DNA of 18,459 bases from an uncultured delta proteobacterium. Lineage in GTDB: Bacteria > Desulfobacterota > RBG-13-43-22. Of the stretch, positions 1 to 6,339 are shown one piece after another. The notes under the pieces were generated by a model. The model did no database searches, was not told where the DNA came from, and saw nothing but the letters and a program-made list of their open reading frames with translations. The stretch covers positions 1 through 18,459 of the forward strand of contig CAVQFQ010000024.1 of the NCBI GenBank assembly GCA_963711835.1, in the 5' to 3' direction. Made by a program: the position numbers and the translations under genes. Every line of letters begins with the position of its first letter. Within the stretch, counting starts at the first letter, position 1.

Positions 1-922
1 TGCTCTTTGATCTTGGTGAAATAGGGACGGTGCCTCCCCGCAAAATCCTGCGCCTTTCCCACATCTTTATCAGCCACATCCACATGGATCATTTTATCGG
101 GTTTGATCGTCTCCTGCGCCTCTGTCTGGGGAGAGAAAAACTGCTCCGCCTTTTCGGCCCGCCTCATTTCATCGACCAGTTGGAAAACCGGCTCTCCGCT
201 TATACCTGGAATCTCATCGAAAATTTCTCCTCGTCCTTGGATTTATTGACCATCGAAGTCCATCCCGGGTTCCTCAGAAAAGCCCTTTTCCGCTCCTCCC
301 GGGCTTTTAAAAGAGAGCGGCTCGAGGAAGAACCTTTTTCAGGAAACCCTCCATGAAGAGGACTCCTTCAGGGTCAAAGCCGCCTTTTTGGACCATAAGA
401 TCCCTTGTCTGGGCTTCAGTCTGGAGGAGAGGTTCCATATCAATATCCTGGAGCCGGAATTGGTGAAATTGGGATTTCCCAAGGGGCCCTGGTTAAGGGA
501 CCTAAAGGAAGCCCTATGGAGAGGGGAGAAGGATGCATTTCCAATCCCGGATTCCGGAAGCAGGGCAGGGGGGAAGGCGGGAAAGAACCATTCCCCTGGG
601 GGAGTTGAGAAAAAAGGCAGTCCGGATAACACCCGGGCAAAAGATCAGTTATGTCGTGGACACCCAATTAAACCCAACGACCCACCCCGTCATCAAAAAT
701 CTGATTCAGGGCTCGGACCGGCTTTTTATCGAAGCGGCCTTCCTAGAGGAAGACGCGTCAAAAGCCGAAGAAAAACATCACCTAACCGCCAGGCAGGCCG
801 GAAGGCTGGGCCGGGAGGGAGGGGTCAAGGAACTCATTCCCTGCCATTTTTCCCCTAAATACAGCCGGGACCTTAAACGTATCTACCAGGAGGCGATGGC
901 GGCCTTTCAGAGCGATTCCTGA
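1..922 (+). pseudogene. Ribonuclease Z-like metallo-beta-lactamase-fold hydrolase, 5'-partial, split over three frames (two +1 indels; pseudogene or sequencing error)
   Basis: Frame 3 is open from nt 3 (LFDLGE...SHIHMDH, the HxHxDH motif). It continues in frame 1 (LHEEDSFRVKAAFLDHKIPCLGFSLEE) and frame 2 (GQKISYVVD...LFIEAAF...HHLTARQAG...CHFSPKY). Removing one A from 344-346 and one C from 546-548 gives a single ORF. Confidence 0.8.
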
Positions 923-968
923 AGCCCGAACAAAGATGTTTTAAATTTTTTTCACATCTTGAAGAAAT

Positions 969-993
969 GGTGTTGGGGGGTCCCCCCAACACC
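969..993. repeat. Perfect 12-bp inverted repeat (possible terminator or REP-like palindrome)
   Basis: GGTGTTGGGGGG-T-CCCCCCAACACC followed by TTATTTT, downstream of the RNase Z-like stop codon. Confidence 0.6.
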
Positions 994-1117
994 TTATTTT
1001 GGAAAGTTAGAGATAAATTCTCAGACTAAAAGATGTAAGAATCTATTGAGTGCCCGTTCCCTTTTTGATTTGGAAAAACCCCGGGACTGGTGGTATAAGG
1101 TATTCAAGGAGAAAAAT

Positions 1118-1459
1118 ATGGAAGAAGATCACCGCCCCTGGGGTTTCTATCAGGTCCTATCGGACGAACCGGATCATAAGGTAAAAAGAATCGTCGTTTA
1201 CCCGGGAAAACGTTTAAGCCTCCAGAGGCATCAAAGGCGTTCCGAACATTGGTATATCCTTTTTGGACGGGCCCTGGTCACCAGGGATGAAGATCAACTC
1301 GACCTCAAGGCCGGGGAGGCCGTCGATATCCCGAAGGGGGTTCTGCACCGGATTCAAAATCCGGGTTCAAAGGACCTGGCTTTTATCGAGATCCAGACCG
1401 GGGACTATTTCGGAGAGGATGATATCGAGCGGCTGGCCGATGACTTCGGCCGGGATTGA
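1118..1459 (+). CDS. Phosphomannose isomerase type II C-terminal cupin domain protein (113 aa)
   Basis: RPWG...KVKRIVVYPGKRLSLQRHQRRSEHW...HRIQNPG...IEIQTGDYFGEDDIERLADDFGR matches the ManC/PMI C-terminal cupin. RBS AAGGAG at 1106-1111 precedes ATG 1118. Confidence 0.9.
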   Translation: MEEDHRPWGFYQVLSDEPDHKVKRIVVYPGKRLSLQRHQRRSEHWYILFGRALVTRDEDQLDLKAGEAVDIPKGVLHRIQNPGSKDLAFIEIQTGDYFGEDDIERLADDFGRD

Positions 1460-1505
1460 TGATCTGCCCGGCAACTCAGGATCCTTCAGTAAAAGGCTTC
1501 CCTCC

Positions 1506-2597
1506 ATGGTTTTGAATAAACGCATCGGAATTCTGACCGGCGGCGGCGACTGTCCCGGATTAAATGCCCTTATCCGGGCGGTGACCCGGACGGCCATCCT
1601 TGGCTACGGCCTGGAGGTAATCGGCATCCAGGATGGCTTCCTTGGCCTTCTGCTCAATAAAGCCCGCCCCTTGTCCGGTGAAGATGTGGCCGGAATTTTG
1701 GATCAGGGAGGGACCATCCTGGGGACCTCCAACCGGACCGATCCTTTTCATTTTTCGGATCCGAATCAGCCGAAAGAAAATCCAAGAGATTACTCGGCGG
1801 AGGTGATCCGGAATTTCGAAAGGCTTAAATTGGATGCCTTGCTCTGCGCCGGCGGGGACGGCACCCTGGCCATTGCTTCCAAATTAGTGGACCAAGGACT
1901 GCCCCTGATCGGCATTCCCAAGACCATTGACAACGATTTGATGGGCACCGATCTCTCTTTCGGTTTTGATACCGCCGTGGCCAACGCCGCCGAAGCCATC
2001 GACAAGATCCATTCCACCGCCCAATCCCATCACCGGATCATGGTGGTGGAAACCATGGGACGCTACGCCGGCTGGCTGGCCTTAATGGCCGGTTTGGCCT
2101 CCGGGGGCGATGTGATTTTAATCCCGGAAATTCCTTTTGATCTTTCCCGGATAGTCCGTCAGGTTAATAGGCGGACTCAGGTCGGCCACCGCTTCAGCAT
2201 CATCGTCGTGGCCGAAGGGGCCCGGGCAAAAGGCAGAAAGGCCATGGTCAAAAAAAGGATATTAGGCAGTCCGGATCCTATTCGCCTGGGGGGGATCGGA
2301 AACTGGTTGACCGAACGGATCGAGGGAAAAACCGGGATTGAAAGCCGGGTGTCGGTCCTGGGACATCTGCAACGGGGCGGCACCCCGACCGCCTTTGACC
2401 GGAATTTTGCCACCCGATTGGGGGTGGTTGCCGTCAGAATGGCAGCCCAAAAAAAATATGGCCGCATGGTAGCCCTTAAGGGCAACCAGATCACATCGGT
2501 TCCTCTGGAGACCGTAGGAGGAAAAACCCGCTTCGTCCCATTAGACTCTCCCTGGGTCAAAACCGCCCGGGCCATCGGCATCGGCTTCGGAGACTAA
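1506..2597 (+). CDS. pfkA: 6-phosphofructokinase (PfkA family, group III type, probably ATP-dependent)
   Basis: Motifs RIGILTGGGDCPGLN, GGTILGTS, GGDGT, PKTIDND, ETMGRYAGW and LGHLQRGG. Start placed at ATG 1506 because family similarity begins there. Confidence 0.93.
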   Translation: MVLNKRIGILTGGGDCPGLNALIRAVTRTAILGYGLEVIGIQDGFLGLLLNKARPLSGEDVAGILDQGGTILGTSNRTDPFHFSDPNQPKENPRDYSAEVIRNFERLKLDALLCAGGDGTLAIASKLVDQGLPLIGIPKTIDNDLMGTDLSFGFDTAVANAAEAIDKIHSTAQSHHRIMVVETMGRYAGWLALMAGLASGGDVILIPEIPFDLSRIVRQVNRRTQVGHRFSIIVVAEGARAKGRKAMVKKRILGSPDPIRLGGIGNWLTERIEGKTGIESRVSVLGHLQRGGTPTAFDRNFATRLGVVAVRMAAQKKYGRMVALKGNQITSVPLETVGGKTRFVPLDSPWVKTARAIGIGFGD

Positions 2598-2630
2598 TTA
2601 ATTACGCATCGGAGCAATAAATGTTACCTT

Positions 2631-2719
2631 TTACCGCAGAGGCGTAAAGGACGCAAATTCGTAACTCCGCGAACTCTGCGCCTCGAACGAGTACGCCCAA
2701 GCGGACGAGTGGGCGGTAA
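2631..2719. repeat. Intergenic palindromic repeat, copy 1 (REP/MITE-like)
   Basis: Terminal inverted repeat TTACCGC/GCGGTAA and internal CGCAGAG...CTCTGCG. Homologous to 3534-3634. Confidence 0.7.
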
Positions 2720-2757
2720 TAATGATAACCAGCTTCTAAAAGGAAAATAATTCAGCT

Positions 2758-3453
2758 ATGAATACCATAGACCCGGCTTATCTTGAGCCCACCTCGATTA
2801 TCGACAGCGACCATCCCAGCATAATCGCTTATGCCAGGAAAGCAGCCGACCATAGCCTGGACCCTGTTGAGAAAGCAGTGAAGATCTATTATGCCGTCCG
2901 GGACGGCATCCGCTACACCCCTTATTATCCCTTTTACCTCCCGGAGCATTACCGGGCCAGCAATGTCCTCAAGAGCGGGCAGGGTTATTGTGTCTGCAAA
3001 GCTTCCCTGCTTTGCGCCCTGGGACGGGCCCTGGAAATTCCCTCCAGGGTGGGTTTCGCAACGGTCCGCAATCATTTGCTTACCCGTCAATTGCAGGAAA
3101 GGATGGCCTCGGACCTGTTTGTCTATCATGGCTATGTGGACTTTTACCTGAATGGGATATGGGTCAAGGCCACCCCGGCCTTTAATAAGGAGTTGTGTGA
3201 ACGACACAAGGTGCAACCCCTGGAATTCAACGGTCTGGAGGATTCCATCTTCCAACCCTTTAATCTTGAAAACAGGAAATTTATGGAGTATGTGGGGTTC
3301 TCTGGAACCTATGCCGACATCCCTGTGGACATCATTATCGCCGGTTGGGAAAAGGCCTACGGCAAAGAGAGGGTCCAAAACTGGATTCGCGAGTTCGAAC
3401 AGGCCGGGGCTGGGAGCTTTTCCGATTTCTATCAGGAAGAGGTTGTTACCTGA
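2758..3453 (+). CDS. Transglutaminase-like (cysteine protease fold) domain protein
   Basis: YLEPT..IDSDHP, YYAVRDGIRY, GYCVCKA (catalytic Cys), IPSRVGFATVRNHL, FVYHGY (His), WVKATPAFN. Confidence 0.88.
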   Translation: MNTIDPAYLEPTSIIDSDHPSIIAYARKAADHSLDPVEKAVKIYYAVRDGIRYTPYYPFYLPEHYRASNVLKSGQGYCVCKASLLCALGRALEIPSRVGFATVRNHLLTRQLQERMASDLFVYHGYVDFYLNGIWVKATPAFNKELCERHKVQPLEFNGLEDSIFQPFNLENRKFMEYVGFSGTYADIPVDIIIAGWEKAYGKERVQNWIREFEQAGAGSFSDFYQEEVVT

Positions 3454-3533
3454 TTCAAGACACCCGGATTATTCGGTCAAGAAAATGGTAAAGTTCAAGT
3501 GCTGAGGGAACTAATAAAGCGAATGCATTTTTT

Positions 3534-3634
3534 TCAGCGCAAAGACGCGAAGGACGCAAAGAGGAAAAATATCTCTCTTGGCGGGCTCTGCGTCTTGAGC
3601 GAATCACGCCATGGGCGTGACGAGCGGGCGGTGA
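3534..3634. repeat. Intergenic palindromic repeat, copy 2 (REP/MITE-like)
   Basis: Shares AAGGACGCAAA, CTCTGCGYCTYGARCGART and GACGAGYGGGCGGTRA with copy 1. Internal hairpin TCACGCC-ATG-GGCGTGA at 3604-3620. Confidence 0.7.
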
Positions 3635-3659
3635 TAAAGTGTCTTTAGATGGAGGGATT

Positions 3660-4544
3660 ATGGCAGCAGAAGGACTGATGGAGACCAACTTCCCGAAATT
3701 AAACTTGTTCAACCGAGGCAAGGTTAGGGATATTTACGACCTGGGGGAGAATCTTTTGATCGTCGCCAGCGACCGGATTTCAGCCTTCGATGTGATCATG
3801 CCTAATCCGATCCCCGGAAAGGGTATCTTGCTGACCCGGATTTCCAAATTTTGGTTTAAGGTTATGGAACCCCTGATTCCCAACCATCTTGTTTCTACCG
3901 AGGTCAAGGATTTTCCCAAGGAATGTTGGCTCTACGAAGAAGACCTCAAGGACCGCACCATGCTGGTCAAAAAGACCAAACCCCTGCCGGTGGAATGCAT
4001 CGTGCGCGGTTATCTATCAGGATCGGGCTGGAAGGATTATCAGGAGACCGGAGAAATCTGCGGAATCAAATTGCCGTCCGGCTTGAAGGAGTCCGACCGT
4101 CTGGTTGAGCCCATCTTTACGCCCTCCACGAAGGCCGAACTGGGAACCCATGATGAAAACGTCACCATGAAGGCTGCGGTAAAAATCCTGGGAGCGGATC
4201 TGGCCCATTATCTGGCCAACAGCAGCCTGGCTATCTATGAAAAGGCCCGCTTGCTGGGCGAAGAAAAGGGGATCATCATTGCCGATACCAAATTTGAATT
4301 CGGGACTTTGAACGGCAAGGTGATCCTGATCGATGAGATCCTGACCCCGGATTCTTCCCGGTTCTGGCCTAAAGATCAGTATAAACCAGGAGGCCCTCAG
4401 ATGAGTTTCGACAAGCAGTTCTTGCGGGATTATCTGGAGTCCTTTCACTGGGATAAAAAGCCGCCGGCCCCGGAACTGCCCCAGGAGATCATCGCCAAAA
4501 CCAAAGCCAAGTATGAGGAGGCTTTAAGGATCCTGACCGGATAA
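3660..4544 (+). CDS. purC: Phosphoribosylaminoimidazole-succinocarboxamide (SAICAR) synthase
   Basis: [76 protein letters not shown] at 3651 precedes ATG 3660. Confidence 0.97.
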   Translation: MAAEGLMETNFPKLNLFNRGKVRDIYDLGENLLIVASDRISAFDVIMPNPIPGKGILLTRISKFWFKVMEPLIPNHLVSTEVKDFPKECWLYEEDLKDRTMLVKKTKPLPVECIVRGYLSGSGWKDYQETGEICGIKLPSGLKESDRLVEPIFTPSTKAELGTHDENVTMKAAVKILGADLAHYLANSSLAIYEKARLLGEEKGIIIADTKFEFGTLNGKVILIDEILTPDSSRFWPKDQYKPGGPQMSFDKQFLRDYLESFHWDKKPPAPELPQEIIAKTKAKYEEALRILTG

Positions 4545-4589
4545 TAGCTCAAATCTATTTTCAAATATAAGAAAAATTCTATCGAATCC

Positions 4590-4618
4590 TTGACAGAATC
4601 CGTTGGAAATGGTAACTA
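4590..4618 (+). promoter_or_regulatory. Putative sigma70 promoter for tRNA-Pro
   Basis: TTGACA (4590-4595), 17-nt spacer, TG-n-TAACTA. The -10 element is imperfect. Confidence 0.45.
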
Positions 4619-4627
4619 TTCGATTAA

Positions 4628-4704
4628 CGGGACGTAGCGCAGTTTGGTAGCGCACCTGAATGGGGTTCAGGGGGTCGCTGGTTCAAATCCAGTCGTCCCG
4701 ACCA
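4628..4704 (+). tRNA. tRNA-Pro(GGG)
   Basis: CGGGACG acceptor stem pairs with CGTCCCG-ACCA. D-arm TAGCGCAGTTTGGTAGCGCA, anticodon arm CCTGA-ATGGGGT-TCAGG, T-arm GGTTCAAATCC. CCA is encoded. Confidence 0.97.
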
Positions 4705-4713
4705 GTAAAAAAT

Positions 4714-4750
4714 AAAGGGTTAGCCGTATGGGTTAACCCTTTTTCTTTTT
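4714..4750 (+). terminator. Rho-independent terminator after tRNA-Pro
   Basis: AAAGGGTTAGCC / GGTTAACCCTTT stem followed by a T-rich tract. Confidence 0.8.
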
Positions 4751-4932
4751 TCCTATCCTATCGCCTGATAGAGCGATCCAAGGTTCCTCCCGGGCCAACC
4801 TGCTTCCCTGGACCAGAACGATTCTTGGCTAATTAATACTACATGGTGGTATAATTTTAATACGCCGCAGGTATGCTTGACCATACACTACTTGTTTTTT
4901 AAGCCCCCCTCTCATCTAAAATAAATATTAAT

Positions 4933-4945
4933 AATCAATAGGTTA
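4933..4945 (+). promoter_or_regulatory. IHF binding site
   Basis: AATCAATAGGTTA matches WATCAANNNNTTR exactly, in an AT-rich stretch just upstream of a sigma54 motif. Confidence 0.7.
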
Positions 4946-4958
4946 CAATTATTTTAGG

Positions 4959-4975
4959 TTGGCATTGTAATTGCT
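4959..4975 (+). promoter_or_regulatory. Sigma54 (RpoN) -24/-12 promoter of the hydrogenase operon
   Basis: TTGGCATTGTAATTGCT: GG (4961-4962), N10, GC (4973-4974), matching TGGCAC-N5-TTGCW. Confidence 0.8.
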
Positions 4976-5041
4976 TAATCCTTATTAAGGCCTGTATTTC
5001 CATAAGAGAAAATATATTATTACTTATGAAATGAGGGAAAG

Positions 5042-5989
5042 ATGGGGCAAAATTTATCTTTTGGAAAACGTCTGTCCCAAAATGGGATTAGTCGTCGTGA
5101 TTTTTTAAAGTTTTGCGGCATCATGGCCGCTACCCTGGGGCTGCCGGAATCTTTTGTACCGAAAATAGCCCAGGCCTTAAGCGCCGCGGTCCGGCCGCCT
5201 GTTGTCTGGCTTGAATTTCAGGACTGCACGGGCGATACGGAATCTTTCCTCAGGGAGCCGACCATCATCAGCCTGCTGCTGGAAACGGTGTCCCTGGACT
5301 ACCATGAAACCCTGATGGTGCCTTCAGGCGCCTTGGCGGAACAGTCCCGTATCGATACCATCCAAAATTATCCCGGCCAGTATATCTGTATCGTGGAAGG
5401 GTCCATCCCGACCGCCAGTAACGGCGTTTACTGCACTATCGGCGGCCGCTCGGCCCTGTCCATCGCCCAGGAGGTCTGTGGTAACGCCCTTATGACCATT
5501 GCCGTGGGCACCTGCGCCTGGGACGGAGGCATCGCCGCAGCCGTTCCCAACCCCACCGGCGCCATGGGCGTCAAGGACGCCCTTCCTGGGCTGACCAATC
5601 TCATCAATCTGCCCGGCTGCCCGGTGAATGCCTATAACATTGCGGCGACCCTCGTTTACTATCTTACGAACCAACAATGGCCCCCGACCGACAGTCAGAG
5701 GCGCCCCATTTTCGCCTATGGGGAGGAAATCCATGAAGAATGCCCGCGCCATGACCATTACGAAGCAGAACGTTTTGTTCTGGCCTGGGGAGATCAAGGG
5801 CACAGGAACGGCTGGTGCCTGTTTAGAATGGGCTGCAAAGGGCCAAGAACGCGAAACAATTGTCATACGGTTAAATGGAACGGAGGCACCAACTGGCCCG
5901 TCGGGGCCGGCCATGGCTGCATCGGCTGCGCTACGGCCAAATTTTGGGATACCCTGACGCCTTTTTATCAGGCCCTGCCGGGCGATTAA
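5042..5989 (+). CDS. Group 1 [NiFe]-hydrogenase small subunit, Tat-exported, no C-terminal membrane anchor
   Basis: Tat motif SRRDFLK. Proximal cluster ligands QDCTGD, GTCA and PGCP. Distal HEEC and WCLFRMGC. Medial NC...WPVGAGHGCIGC, where the Pro indicates [3Fe-4S]. Ends FYQALPGD without a TM helix. Confidence 0.95.
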   Translation: MGQNLSFGKRLSQNGISRRDFLKFCGIMAATLGLPESFVPKIAQALSAAVRPPVVWLEFQDCTGDTESFLREPTIISLLLETVSLDYHETLMVPSGALAEQSRIDTIQNYPGQYICIVEGSIPTASNGVYCTIGGRSALSIAQEVCGNALMTIAVGTCAWDGGIAAAVPNPTGAMGVKDALPGLTNLINLPGCPVNAYNIAATLVYYLTNQQWPPTDSQRRPIFAYGEEIHEECPRHDHYEAERFVLAWGDQGHRNGWCLFRMGCKGPRTRNNCHTVKWNGGTNWPVGAGHGCIGCATAKFWDTLTPFYQALPGD

Positions 5990-5999
5990 GAGTAACTTA

Positions 6000-6310
6000 T
6001 TGGTATCGTTCAAAAGTTGTGGCATTAAATTTCTGATACCCGATGGAAAGGGACCGGGGGTCTTGATTTCAAGGATTGTCCGCCAAAACGCCGGCAGCCT
6101 GAACCCGGGCAGGAAGTTTATAAGGGGTTTAGAAACAGGCCAACACCAAAGCGATTTATCGTCTTGGGTGAATGCCCGGCTTCCAACCAACTTAGAAATT
6201 CGGGCCGGGTTGGGGCTACGGATTACCTTTCGGACAACCTTGAAATCAAGACCCCCGGTCCCCAAGTCAGGCAATAATACGCCAGTGTTATAACTTTTGA
6301 ACGTTACCAA
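6000..6310 (+). repeat. Approximately 310-nt nested inverted repeat (rod-like hairpin) between the hydrogenase subunit genes
   Basis: 6000-6026 pairs with 6284-6310, 6050-6082 with 6231-6262, and 6096-6108 with 6205-6217. Apical hairpin at 6144-6170. Confidence 0.9.
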
Positions 6311-6339
6311 ATTATTAAGAAATGAAATAAGGAGCAGTT

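Noticed and set aside
959-1505. Long N-terminal extensions of the cupin (start 959) and PfkA (start 1263); likewise the ATPase start 8777 and protease start 8090
   Set aside because: The extensions lack family similarity, overlap neighbours or regulatory RNA, and better ATG starts lie downstream.
2631-3634. CRISPR array interpretation of the repeats
   Set aside because: Only two diverged ~100-bp copies separated by a gene, with no regular spacers and no cas genes.
4628-4704. tRNA-Pro as the attachment site of an integrated island
   Set aside because: No integrase follows it and I saw no duplicated tRNA 3' end in the window.
6000-6293. 97-aa plus-strand ORF in the hydrogenase intergenic gap
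   Set aside because: TTG start without an RBS and no recognisable motif. The region is explained by the nested inverted repeat.
5324-6310. 328-aa antisense ORF, and other long antisense ORFs such as 2752-3378, 8840-9538, 9886-10545 and 11744-12418
   Set aside because: Shadow ORFs opposite well-supported GC-rich genes.
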